This document shows, piece after piece, positions 19,800-29,705 of a stretch of DNA of 64,000 bases (positions are counted from its first letter, which is position 1; each line of letters starts with the position of its first letter). The notes beneath the pieces are model-generated. The model was not told the origin of the DNA, ran no database searches, and saw nothing but the letters and a program-made list of their open reading frames with translations. Position numbers and translations under genes: made by a program. Source of the DNA: an uncultured Armatimonadetes bacterium (GTDB lineage: Bacteria > Armatimonadota > Hebobacteria > Hebobacterales > Hebobacteraceae); contig OY970296.1 in assembly GCA_963716175.1 (NCBI GenBank), forward strand, positions 3,104,001 through 3,168,000. Direction: 5' to 3'.

Positions 19800-20942
19800 A
19801 TGACCCATCGCCAGCGTTTTCTGCGCACCATGCACTTCCAATCTGTGGACCGCGTGCCGGACTGGGAGTTCGGGTACTGGGACGATACCCTGGTGGACTG
19901 GCACGAGCAGGGCCTGCCCAGGGAGATCGACACGCTCAGGAAGGCCGACGTCTACTTCGGCTTCGATCCCACGGGAGACATCCCGACGGCCACCGGACTG
20001 CTGCCGGAGTTCGAGTACAAGGTGATCGAGCAGCGGGGGGAGCAGCTGCTGATTCAGGACGAGAACGGCACCACCTCGCTCAGACATGCCTCCGGCCGCT
20101 CCTCCATCCCGCACTTCCTGGACTTCGCGCTGAAAGGCCGCGAGGAATGGGAGCTCGAGTTCGGGCCCCGCCTCGACTCCGACGACCCGCGGCGCCGGCC
20201 GGACGCGGAGGAGTGGAAGGAGCTGGAGGCGCGATACGCGGGGCGGGACTACCCGCTGGGCATGTACATCGGGGGCCTCTATGGGACGATGCGGAACTGG
20301 ATGGGCTTCGAGCGCGCGGCGATGATGCTGCACGACGATCCGGGGCTGGTGGAAGAGATCATGGAGCGCCTCACCCAGATCGTTCTCCACAACATCGCCT
20401 CCATCCCGCCCGGGGTGGAGGTGGACTTCGCCTCCGGCTGGGAGGATATGTGCTTCAACAAGGGTTCCATGATCTCGCCCGCGGACTTCGATCGGCTAAT
20501 GGTGCCGCGCTACCACCGCATCACCGAGGCCCTCAGGCCTCATGGCTGCGACATCGCCTACATTGACTGCGATGGCAACATCAACCAGTTGGTGTCGCTC
20601 TGGCTGAAGGGCGGGATCAACGGCATGTTCCCCGTGGAGGTCGCCGCGGGCAGCGACCCCCTGGTGCTGCGAGAAAAATACGGCCGGCAGGTGCTGCTTT
20701 TCGGAGGAGTGAACAAACGCGCCCTGGCTCAGGGCAAAGAGGGGATCCGCAAGGAGCTGGCCAGGATCGCGCCGGTGGTGAGAGAGGGCGGCTGGATCCC
20801 TCACGTAGATCACCGGGTGCCTCCGGACGTCACCTTCGAGAACTACCTGTACTACCTGAAGCTGAAGCGAGACACTTTCGGCATCCCCGAGCCCCAACCT
20901 TGGGAGGAGCGCCGGCCTGCTGACTGGGGGCCGCCCGCATGA
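19800..20942 (+). CDS. Uroporphyrinogen decarboxylase / MtaA-like family protein
   Basis: MT.RQRF.....F..VDRVP, WEDM, DCDGNI, GGVNKR, GGWIPHVDHRVPPDV. Confidence 0.85.
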   Translation: MTHRQRFLRTMHFQSVDRVPDWEFGYWDDTLVDWHEQGLPREIDTLRKADVYFGFDPTGDIPTATGLLPEFEYKVIEQRGEQLLIQDENGTTSLRHASGRSSIPHFLDFALKGREEWELEFGPRLDSDDPRRRPDAEEWKELEARYAGRDYPLGMYIGGLYGTMRNWMGFERAAMMLHDDPGLVEEIMERLTQIVLHNIASIPPGVEVDFASGWEDMCFNKGSMISPADFDRLMVPRYHRITEALRPHGCDIAYIDCDGNINQLVSLWLKGGINGMFPVEVAAGSDPLVLREKYGRQVLLFGGVNKRALAQGKEGIRKELARIAPVVREGGWIPHVDHRVPPDVTFENYLYYLKLKRDTFGIPEPQPWEERRPADWGPPA

Positions 20943-21409
20943 GGTCAGACGCGGACCGGGGCGACCGCGGGCCCGAGGTGGTGCGGCTGCGGTCGGCCGG
21001 CGGTGTGGTGCTGCGCGGCGAAGGCGAGGAACTGCGGGTGGCGTTGATCCGCTCGCTCCTCGGCGAGTGGGTCTTCCCCAAGGGGCTGATCGAAGCCGGC
21101 GAGGAGCCGGAGGCAGCGGCGCGGCGAGAGGTGCAGGAGGAGGTCGGGCTGAGCAGGCTGGCGCTGCGCGCGGGGTTGGGGTGGACGGAGCATCGGTTTG
21201 GGCGAAACGGGAAGCGCTTCCGCAACCGCGTCTATTGGTTCCTCTACCAGGCCGGGCCCCGCGCGGTGATGCGGTTGAACCCGGCCGAAGAGGTGCTGGA
21301 ATGCGGGTGGTTTGCACCCGGGCAAGCGCTGGCCCTGCTGACTCATGCCAACCAGCGGCGGTTGCTGCGCCGCGCCCTGGCCGGCCTCGCCGCGGTGGCC
21401 CCGAATTGA
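20939..21409 (+). CDS. NUDIX hydrolase
   Basis: PKGLIEAGEEPEAAARREVQEEVGL Nudix box. Confidence 0.92.
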   Translation: MRSDADRGDRGPEVVRLRSAGGVVLRGEGEELRVALIRSLLGEWVFPKGLIEAGEEPEAAARREVQEEVGLSRLALRAGLGWTEHRFGRNGKRFRNRVYWFLYQAGPRAVMRLNPAEEVLECGWFAPGQALALLTHANQRRLLRRALAGLAAVAPN

Positions 21410-21433
21410 CACCCCCCTCCGGCGCACTATAAT
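21406..21433 (+). promoter_or_regulatory. Consensus sigma70 promoter of ECF sigma gene
   Basis: TTGACA-N16-TATAAT, 6 nt before GTG 21440. Confidence 0.75.
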
Positions 21434-21439
21434 GGAACT

Positions 21440-22087
21440 GTGACCGGGCCAGCCAAAGAGCGGCCGCTGCCGATGGTGCAGGCCGACCTTGCCCATGTCG
21501 GCCAGCTGGTGGCACGCGCCCGGCAGGGCGACCGGGAGGCCTTCGACGGCCTGGTCGAGATTTACACGCCTCAGGTCTACAGTCTCGCCCTGCGCATCAC
21601 CGGCTCGCGCGAGGAGGCGGAAGACTGTGTTCAGGACGCTTTCGTTCGCGCCTACTGCGCGCTGCGCGGGTTTCGCGGCGAGTCCGCCTTCTCCACCTGG
21701 CTCTACCGTGTGGCGCTGAACGTGGCCTCAGACGCCGCCAGGAAGCGTTCCCGCGGCCCGCTTCCGGCCAGCGACCTGGCCGCCGATGGCTCGGACGACC
21801 CCCCGCCGGATCTCGACCGCCTCGCCCGGCGGCAGCTCGCGGATCAGAGCACACCCGATGCCCTGGTCATCGCCAATCAGCGCCGGCAGCTCATCCTCGC
21901 CGCCATCGCCCGTCTCCCTGAGCACCAGCGGACGGCCTTGATCCTGTGCGACCTCCAGGGGCTCTCCTACCAGGAGGCGGCCCGCATCATGCGCGCCCGC
22001 ATCGGCACTGTGAAGTCCCGCCTGAACCGGGGCCGCCTGGCGTTGAAAGACCTGCTGGCGCCACATCTGGAACTTCTTCGAGAGTGA
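21440..22087 (+). CDS. ECF RNA polymerase sigma factor
   Basis: GDREAF, AEDCVQDAF, FSTWLYRVALN, GLSYQEAA, GTVKSRLNRGR. Confidence 0.95.
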   Translation: MTGPAKERPLPMVQADLAHVGQLVARARQGDREAFDGLVEIYTPQVYSLALRITGSREEAEDCVQDAFVRAYCALRGFRGESAFSTWLYRVALNVASDAARKRSRGPLPASDLAADGSDDPPPDLDRLARRQLADQSTPDALVIANQRRQLILAAIARLPEHQRTALILCDLQGLSYQEAARIMRARIGTVKSRLNRGRLALKDLLAPHLELLRE

Positions 22088-22097
22088 TCCTGTCTAA
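22069..22097 (+). promoter_or_regulatory. ECF (sigmaE-like) promoter upstream of anti-sigma gene
   Basis: GGAACTT-N16-GTCTAA straddling the sigma gene stop. Confidence 0.6.
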
Positions 22098-22112
22098 CCC
22101 GCAGGCTGAATC

Positions 22113-23569
22113 ATGGGTGATCTGTCCAGAGCATGTAGGAAACTGCGAGAGCGACTTCCCGAGTACGTGGAAGGGGGCCTCGCGGGCCCGGCTCGCAGCG
22201 CGCTGGCACGCCATTCGCGGTCTGCTCGCGCTGCGCCTCCGAGCTCGATGACCTGCGCACGGTGATGGCGGCATTGCACTCGGTCGCGCCTGACGCGGTG
22301 CCCGAGCATCTGGTGCCCCGGGTACGCCGCGCCGCCTATGCTACTCTGCGAAGTGGCGAAGCTCCTTCGCTACGAAGCACGAGTCGGGCTACGCCCTCCA
22401 GTGCTGTTCAGTTCTGGGCTCGCATCACTGTGCCCGTGGCCCTGGCCACAGGCCTGGTGGCCCTCGCTTTCGCTCTCCGCACCGCGGGGCCGCCGCGGCT
22501 GGCAGAGAAGGCCGCCCCCAGCGCGCCGACAGCTCCAGCCCCAGTTTCCGCCCCCGTAGCCGCGGCTCCCCGCCTCTCTGCCCCGGCGGGGCCGCCAGCT
22601 CCGGTTCCGCCTCCGGTCGCTTTGCCCAGGCAGACGGTGGCACAGCCGAGACCACTGGCACTGGCCCCGCGTGCGCTCACGCAGGAGGAACGGCCGGGCG
22701 CTACCGCGAAGGTTGAGGCCGGGCCGCCCGCAGAGATAGAGAGCACAGCGAAACCGGCAGAGGAGAGGTCGCTGGGCGCGCGAGTTTCGCAGGAGGTGGG
22801 CGAGGGCAGGGCCGGGGCTGCCGGGGCCCGCATCCCGCCCAAAGAGCTGAAGCACTCGCAGGGGCACCCCGCGGGCACTCCGATGCCCCGCCAGGCGCCG
22901 GCCCGCGGCAGACAGAGATGGTACGGCAACCGGGCAGAGTCGCGGCCCCCTGGTCCCGCGTTCAAGGCGAAAGGGCATGCTGGGGGTATGGCAGGCGGCG
23001 GCATGGGTGGTGGTGCCGGCCTGGCGGCCGACCGGGCCCTGGCGAGGTTGGCGCCCACCTTTGCCCGCGCCAGTCTGACCCAGGTGGATGGCCGTCCCGC
23101 CATCTCGCTTCAGCTCGGCGCGCCAGAGGTAGCCGGTGAGATCAGGGTCAGCATCGGCTCCGGCCCCGACCGGCGAACCCTGTGGCGCGGGCCGGCCGGC
23201 AAGGCCGCGCCCTTCCTGCTCGTCCCCTCCGATCTGGGTCCAGGTCCAGCCAATATCCCGATCACGATAGAGTCCCCAGCCGGGGCCCAGGAATACGTGC
23301 TGTTCGCACCCACCACCGCGCGCCTGGGGGAAGTGGCGCCCAGATCGCCGCGCGTGCACTATGACGGGCAGCTGCTCCGGAAGGCGCTGTCCGATCTCAG
23401 CTCACTCACCGGCCTGGTGGTGTTGGCCGAGGGTCCGCTCGACCGAAAGGTGGTGGGCGATCTTGCTGCCGGCACGCCCGAGTCGGCCCTGCGGGAGCTG
23501 GCCGCGGGCGCCGGGCTTCAGGTGCAGCGCCAGGACCACGCCGTCTACCTCCTCACCCCGCGCCGCTGA
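22113..23569 (+). CDS. zf-HC2 anti-sigma factor (1-bp frameshift near 22215)
   Basis: C....ERLPEYVEG.L......LARH in one frame continues as AVCSRC..EL in the next (HxxxCxxC); then TM and Pro/Ala-rich extracytoplasmic region. Confidence 0.8.
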
Positions 23570-23684
23570 CAGTCACCCTCCTCGCACCAGGAGGGGGAGG
23601 AATCGAAGGGGGAGGATGTGCTTCCCGCTTCGACTGCATCAGGCCTTCCGTGTTCCTCCTTTGAAGCAGGGCGGCTTGGCCCCC

Positions 23685-24509
23685 GTGGCTAATCCTCCTG
23701 ACATGTGCGCCGAGATCGGATGGCATGCCGCGGCGCGGCGCGGCCGAAGAGGCTTGAGGGCGCCATCGCTTCTGCTGGTGGCGTGCGGCGGCCTGTTCCT
23801 CACGGGCGCGATGGGCTTCGCCGCCGACAGACTGGGCGCCCTGGAGAAGGCCCCGGAGTGGCAGCAGCTGGCCGCGCTCTGGCAGGCCATGCTGGACCAC
23901 TCCTCAAACGTGATCTACAGCCCGGAGCGTTTCCAGGAGTTGGCGAAGGACATGGACGCGGTGGAGACGCAGGCGGCCGCGTTGGTCAAGCGCGGCCTGC
24001 TCCCGGCCGGCGCGGCGCCTGACTTGACCCGGCTCTTTCACGACCGCTATGAATACCTTCGCACCCGCCACTACACCACTGATTCCCACGTCGGCCTCAC
24101 CGCGGGCGAGGCGGCAGCCGTCACCTCTCAGTGGATCATCGAGCTGCAGTTGGCCGGGGCGCGGCAGGTCAACCCTGACCCGCGGGAGGACCGCGCCGCG
24201 CTCTCCCGGGCCGAGGCGAGCATCGTCTACGAGCTGGGCTTCCTCACTGCCTATCAGAAGCTGGAGAGCGAGGCGCAGACGCGCAGAAAGGAGCTGCTCG
24301 ACGAGCAAGCGGCCGGTAAGGAGGTGGACCTGAAGGCCCTCGACAACGACTGCGAGAGGCGCAGGAACCTGCTCCTGGAGGCCTATCGCGGCCGGAGCCT
24401 GCGTGCTCCCCGCTCCGTGCGGAGCTTGATGCCATATCTCACCTCCCTCACTAGGCTGCGGCCGCCCTCCCCGCCGGCTGTCTCCCCGCCGACCGTGCCC
24501 GGCCTGTGA
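23685..24509 (+). CDS. Hypothetical exported alpha-helical protein
   Basis: Arg-rich then hydrophobic signal-like segment; start uncertain. Confidence 0.65.
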   Translation: MANPPDMCAEIGWHAAARRGRRGLRAPSLLLVACGGLFLTGAMGFAADRLGALEKAPEWQQLAALWQAMLDHSSNVIYSPERFQELAKDMDAVETQAAALVKRGLLPAGAAPDLTRLFHDRYEYLRTRHYTTDSHVGLTAGEAAAVTSQWIIELQLAGARQVNPDPREDRAALSRAEASIVYELGFLTAYQKLESEAQTRRKELLDEQAAGKEVDLKALDNDCERRRNLLLEAYRGRSLRAPRSVRSLMPYLTSLTRLRPPSPPAVSPPTVPGL

Positions 24510-24560
24510 GGTGCGGCGCCGTCAGAGCGGAGGCAAGATTGCGTGCGAGCCTGATCTCCC

Positions 24561-25583
24561 ATGCTCGGCTGGAATATTGACCTCGGCGTTGATCTCGGCA
24601 CCTCCACCACCCGCATCTACCAGCGGGGGGTCGGGATCGTGCTCGCCGAGCCCTCTGCGGTCGCCCTCGCGCTGACCTCGGGCGAGGTGATCGCGGCGGG
24701 CGGGGAAGCCAAGCTGATCGCCGACCAGGGGTCGGCCGAGGTTCGGGTGACCTTCCCCATTGCCGGCGGGGCGGTGGCCGATCATCACGCCGCAGCCCTC
24801 ATGCTCAGGGCGCTGATACGGCGGGGGCTGGGCCGGCGCTATCTCTTCATGCCCCGGGTGCTGGCCGCGGTCGCCACCAGCGCCACGCCTGTGGAGCGGG
24901 CCGCCCTGCTCCAGGCGGTGCAGAGCGCGGGGGCGAGGCGGGTGCGGCTGGTGGACAGCACTCTGGCCGGAGCTATCGGCGCCGGCCTGGTGCCTACTGA
25001 TCGCTCCTGTCGGCTGGTGGTGAACATGGGCGGCGGCGTGACCACGTTTGGTGTCGTGGCCCAGGGCCGCCTGGTGTGGGGCCGGAGCGTCCGCTTTGGG
25101 GGCCGGGACCTGGATGAGGCGATTCGCAAGATGATGCGCAACCGCTATGGCCTCAGCCTGGCGCAGGCCACCGCCGAGCAGATGAAGCTGCGAGTGGGAG
25201 CGGTGCTTCCGCAGATGGCGCGCAGTCGCGCCACCATCGGAGGAGGCGAGGTCTACGGCGAGCTTTTCCGCAACCTTGAGATCACCCTCGATGGGCTGCC
25301 CGACCTGCTGGCCCGCGCCCTCGCTCCCGTGATCAACGAGATCCACTGGTGCATCGCCGAGGCCCCCACCGAGCAGCGCGCGGAGATCAGGGCCAATGGC
25401 GTGCTCTTGCTCGGCGGCACCGCGCTGTTGCAGGGGATTCCGCACGTGATGCGAGAGCGGCTGGGGGTGCCCGTGGTGCGCGCCCGCGAGCCCGCCCACT
25501 CCGTCGCCCTGGGCCTCGGCGCGGCCTTGCAGGACGTCGCCAAGCTGAGCGCCGATGGGCAGCGGTATGGAGGGGTGGTGTGA
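24561..25583 (+). CDS. MreB/Mbl-like actin-fold protein (divergent)
   Basis: GVDLGTSTT, EPSAVA, GGRDLDEAI, TAEQMK, LLGGTALL. Confidence 0.88.
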   Translation: MLGWNIDLGVDLGTSTTRIYQRGVGIVLAEPSAVALALTSGEVIAAGGEAKLIADQGSAEVRVTFPIAGGAVADHHAAALMLRALIRRGLGRRYLFMPRVLAAVATSATPVERAALLQAVQSAGARRVRLVDSTLAGAIGAGLVPTDRSCRLVVNMGGGVTTFGVVAQGRLVWGRSVRFGGRDLDEAIRKMMRNRYGLSLAQATAEQMKLRVGAVLPQMARSRATIGGGEVYGELFRNLEITLDGLPDLLARALAPVINEIHWCIAEAPTEQRAEIRANGVLLLGGTALLQGIPHVMRERLGVPVVRAREPAHSVALGLGAALQDVAKLSADGQRYGGVV

Positions 25584-25624
25584 GCTGGAGGTCGGAGTCC
25601 GATCCGTCGGCGGAACCTGTTGCT

Positions 25625-25655
25625 GTAGGGCGGGCATGTCCCTGCATGCCCGCCG
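25625..25655 (+). repeat. GTAG-type REP hairpin
   Basis: GTAG GGCGGGCATG-TCCCTG-CATGCCCGCC. Confidence 0.85.
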
Positions 25656-25742
25656 CCGCTTTTGACGCCACCCGTGTTTTCCTCTAAACTCTTCCCATGG
25701 GGCAGGAGCTTGCCTCCTGCCAAGCTCATGCCGGGAGTCTCA

Positions 25743-27661
25743 ATGCCACAGAATGTCACCCAGAAGCTCATCGCCTCTCACCTGGTCTCGGGCGAGATGA
25801 CCCCGGGGGGCGAGATCGCGATCCGCATGGATCAGACGCTTACCCAGGATGTGACTGGGACCATGGCCTTCCTGCAGTTCGAGGCCTTGGGTGTGCCTCG
25901 GGTGCGCACTCAGCTCTCGGTCAGCTACGTGGATCACAATCTGCTCCAGACCGGCTTCGAGAGCGCGGATGACCACCGCTATCTTCAGAGCGCCGCCGCC
26001 AGGTACGGCGTCTACTTCTCCCGCCCCGGCAATGGCATCTGCCACCAGGTCCACCTGGAGCGGTTCGGCGTGCCGGGCCAGACTCTGCTCGGCTCCGACA
26101 GCCATACTCCCACCTGCGGCGGCCTGGGAATGCTCGCCATCGGCGCCGGCGGCCTCGACGTGGCCGCGGCGATGGCCGGCCTGCCCTTCTACCTGGCGAT
26201 GCCGAAGATAGCCCTGGTGCGACTGACCGGCTCGCTGCCAGACTGGGTCAGCGCCAAGGACATCATCCTGGAGCTGCTTCGGCGTCTGACAGTGAAGGGC
26301 GGAGTGGGCCAGGTGATGGAGTACGCGGGGGAAGGGATTGGCGGGCTATCGGTGCCCGAGCGGGCCACAGTCACCAACATGGGCGCGGAGCTAGGAGCGA
26401 CCAGCTCAGTGTTCCCGAGTGACCAGCAGACCCGCGCCTTCCTCCGCGCCCAGAGCGCGGGCAAGCGTGGACCGCGCTGGCGGCCGATCCGGGCGCGGCC
26501 TATGATGAGGAATTCGGGATCAACCTCGCTCGCCTCGAACCACTGGTGGCGAAGCCGCACAGCCCGGATCGCGTGGTCCCGGTGGGCGATCTGCGCGGGA
26601 CACTCCTGGACCAGGTCGCCATCGGGAGCTGTACTAACTCCTCCTATCAGGACCTGATGACCGTCGCCGCCATGCTCGATGGCAAGCGCGTGCACCCTCG
26701 CGTTAGCCTGGTGATCTCCCCCGGCTCGCGGCAGGTGCTGGAGATGCTGGCCGCAAACGGCGCCTTGGCCAAGCTGATCGCGTCCGGCGCCCGCATCCTG
26801 GAGGCCTCCTGTGGGCCGTGCATCGGCATGGGCCAGGCCCCGCCTTCAGGAGGCGTCACTCTGCGCAGCTTCAACCGAAACTTCGAGGGCCGCACCGGGA
26901 CCCGCGACGCGCAAGCCTACCTCGCCAGCGCCGAGGTCTGCGCGGCCTCGGTGGTCGCGGGAGAGATCGCCGATCCCCGCGAGCTGGGGGCCCCGGTGAA
27001 GGTCGAGATGCCCGAGAGGTTCCTGGTTGATGACAGCATGATCATCTCCCCGGCGGCGCGCCCGGGGGAGGTGGGGATCGTGCGCGGCCCCAACATCGCT
27101 CCGGTGCCAGTCCGTGGCCCTCTCGCCGACAGCATCCGGGGACCGGTGCTGCTGGTAGCCGGTGACGACATCACCACGGATGACATCATGCCCGCGGGCG
27201 CCCAGATTCTGCCGCTGCGGTCCAATATCCCGGCCATCTCCCGGTACGTCTTCTCTCGCCTCGACCCGCAATTCGTCGCTCGCGCCGAGAAGGCTGGCGG
27301 CGGCTTTGTAGTGGGAGGCGCCAATTATGGCCAGGGGTCGAGCCGTGAGCATGCCGCCCTGGCGCCCATGGCGCTGGGCGTGCGGGCGGTGTTCGCGCGC
27401 TCGTTCGCCCGCATCCACCACACCAACCTGGTGAACTTCGGCATCCTGCCGCTTCAGCTCCCGGAGCACATCGTTCTGGCGCAGGGCGATGAGCTTGAGA
27501 TCCAGGGGGTGCGAGCCGGCATCGAAAAGGGAAGAGCGCTGGTGGTCACTAACCTGACTCGCGGCGAGACCTCTGATGCGAAGTACGAGCTGACAGCGCG
27601 CCAGCGCCGGATCCTGTTGGCGGGGGGCCTGCTGAACTACATCAAGGAAGGCGGCCTGTGA
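25743..27661 (+). CDS. Aconitate hydratase (putative, Aquifex-type), frameshift near 26453
   Basis: DHN, GNGICHQVH, SDSHT, IGSCTNSS, CGPCIGMG, FNRNFEGR, NYGQGSSREHAA; two overlapping ORFs. Confidence 0.92.
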
Positions 27662-27668
27662 GCGGGCT

Positions 27669-27695
27669 GTAGGGCGGGCGTGCCAACGCCCGCCG
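27669..27695 (+). repeat. GTAG-type REP hairpin
   Basis: GTAG GGCGGGCGT-GCCA-ACGCCCGCC. Confidence 0.85.
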
Positions 27696-27696
27696 A

Positions 27697-28002
27697 GAGG
27701 AGTTTGAGGAGGAGGCGGGACGGGCCGGCTATGCGCTCGTGATTCTGACCCCGGATGACACGGTTAAGACTAGGGGCGGCGACTACACGCAGGCGCGGCC
27801 CAATGTCCCATTCGAGCTTGGTTGGTTCTACGCCCGCGTCGGGCGGAGGCGGGTTCATATCCTCCATAGGACAGGGACTCGCGTTCACTCGGACCTGGAG
27901 GGGATCTCCAGGATTGAGTTCGCCGACTCAGTCGAAGACAAGACACTGGAGATTGAGGCAGAACTCAAAGCCGTCGGCTTACTCGACGAGGAGGCCAGGT
28001 GA
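27697..28002 (+). pseudogene. 5'-truncated TIR-like nucleotide-binding domain (PF10137/CAP12-type)
   Basis: EEFEEEA....YALVILTPDD.....ARPNVPFELGWF..RVGR.RV.IL......HSDLEGI; N-terminal half missing; in-frame TAG inside the upstream REP. Confidence 0.75.
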
Positions 28003-28020
28003 TAGGGGACCGCTGTTCCT

Positions 28021-28051
28021 GTAGGGCGGGGCATTCTCCGATGCCCCGCCG
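28021..28051 (+). repeat. GTAG-type REP upstream of RAYT
   Basis: GTAG GGCGGGGCAT-TCTCCG-ATGCCCCGCC. Confidence 0.88.
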
Positions 28052-28071
28052 GAACCCGAGGTAACACTCAC

Positions 28072-28602
28072 ATGCAAGGGCACGAAAGTCGGGATCACGT
28101 CGGGCTTCCCAGACGCAAGCACCTGCCCCGTCTCGACCGCATCGTCGTCCCTGGCGCTCCCGTTCACTTCATCAGCGTCTGCGTGGGGAATCGAGCACGC
28201 GTGCTGGCCGATCGTGCTGTCGTGGGGGTACTCGGGGAAGCCTGGCGCCACTGCTACGAGGCGCACGGATGGATGATTGGGCGCTATGTCGTGATGCCGG
28301 ATCACGTCCACTTCTTCGCTTCGCCACGAGATGACTCAGCGAAGGACCTGTCGGTGTTCATGGGTTGCTGGAAGCGCACCACCACGATCAGGATTCGGAA
28401 ACTGCAGCCGGCGGGGCATCAGAGAATGCCCCGCCCTACAGAACGACCGTTCGCTTGGCAGAAAGAGTTCTTCGATCACCTCCTGAGAAGCGATGAGTCA
28501 CACGCGGAGAAGTGGGATTACGTGCGCCACAATCCGGTGCGAGCCGGGCTGGTCGGTGATCCGGACGAATGGCCCTAGCAGGGCGAGATTGGCGTCCTGT
28601 AG
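28072..28602 (+). mobile_element. REP-associated tyrosine transposase (RAYT, IS200-like Y1); TAG at 28576-28578 may be premature
   Basis: HFISVC, YVVMPDHVH (HUH), WQKEFFDHLLR, YVRHNPVRAGLV...EWP; flanking REPs. Confidence 0.9.
28409..28439 (-). repeat. REP copy embedded in RAYT coding sequence
   Basis: Reverse complement GTAGGGCGGGGCATTCTCTGATGCCCCGCCG, 30/31 identical to 28021-28051. Confidence 0.9.
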
Positions 28603-28679
28603 GCCGGGGCAGCGTTGTCGGCCGGCGAGCGCGCGATTGCCCAGGATCAAGTGTACATCAGAAAGGGAGCCCGACCTCG

Positions 28680-29555
28680 TTGCTGCGCAATCTCTTCCGC
28701 CGCGTCAGCGATCTGTTCGCTGGCGCAGGTGAGGCCACAGAGGAGCTCTTCGATGAGCTGGAGGAGGTGCTGATCGCCTCCGATCTCAGCGCGCGCGTCG
28801 CTGGCCTGGTGGTAGAGCGCCTGCGCGAAGGGGTGAGGGAGCAGCGCATTCGCAGCGCCGAGGGAGTGCGCACCGAGCTGCGCACCCAGCTCGCCGCCAT
28901 GCTCGCCCAACATGCCGCGCCTCTCGTCACCGAGACCTCGGACCCGCCTCTGCTCTATCTCATGGTGGGGGTGAACGGCACCGGCAAGACCACCACCATT
29001 GCCAAGCTCGCCGCGCGCTTCCAGAAGCAGGGCCGGTCGGTGCTGCTGGCCGCCGCTGACACCTTCCGCGCGGCCGCCATAGAGCAGCTTGCGGTGTGGG
29101 CGGAGCGGCTGGAGGCGGAGATGGTGCGCCATCAGCCTGGCGGCGATCCCGCAGCCGTGCTCTTCGACAGCATCCGCGCCGCCCGCGCCCGCGACCTCGA
29201 GGTGGTTATTGCCGACACTGCGGGCCGGCTGCACACCAAGCGCAACCTGATGGAGGAGCTGAAGAAGGTGGATCGGGTGGTGCGCAAGGAGCTGGGCCGG
29301 CCCCCGGATGAGACCCTGCTGGTGCTGGACGCGACCACCGGGCAGAACGCCCTGGTGCAGGCCCAGGAGTTCAAGCAAGCGATCGGTATCACCGGGGTGG
29401 TGATGGCCAAGCTCGACGGCACTGCCAAGGGCGGCATGATCATCACCATCGCCGAGGAGATGCAGCTTCCCGTCAAGCTGATCGGGGTAGGGGAGAAGGC
29501 CGAGGATCTGCAGGATTTCGATGCGCAGGCTTTCGCCAACTGGCTGCTGCCCTGA
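28680..29555 (+). CDS. ftsY: SRP receptor FtsY
   Basis: GVNGTGKTTTIAKLA, DTFRAAAIEQL, DTAGRLH, KLDGTAKGG; TTG 28680 after GGGAG. Confidence 0.96.
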   Translation: MLRNLFRRVSDLFAGAGEATEELFDELEEVLIASDLSARVAGLVVERLREGVREQRIRSAEGVRTELRTQLAAMLAQHAAPLVTETSDPPLLYLMVGVNGTGKTTTIAKLAARFQKQGRSVLLAAADTFRAAAIEQLAVWAERLEAEMVRHQPGGDPAAVLFDSIRAARARDLEVVIADTAGRLHTKRNLMEELKKVDRVVRKELGRPPDETLLVLDATTGQNALVQAQEFKQAIGITGVVMAKLDGTAKGGMIITIAEEMQLPVKLIGVGEKAEDLQDFDAQAFANWLLP

Positions 29556-29705
29556 TCGCGTGTGACTGCTTCCCCTGCCCCTGCCGCTCCGAGTTTGACT
29601 TTTCCCGCGGCCGCGGGTACTCTACCTGTACGGCCTCTACTGCTGCCCCTCGGGGGTGGCTTGGCAGGTGGCCTCGAGGCCTAGCGCGCGCCAGGGAGGA
29701 CTGGC

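Noticed and set aside
28576-28578. In-frame TAG in RAYT as pyrrolysine or recoding
   Set aside because: TAG is used as a normal stop throughout the window. A nonsense mutation or error at a Tyr/Trp codon near the C-terminus is simpler.
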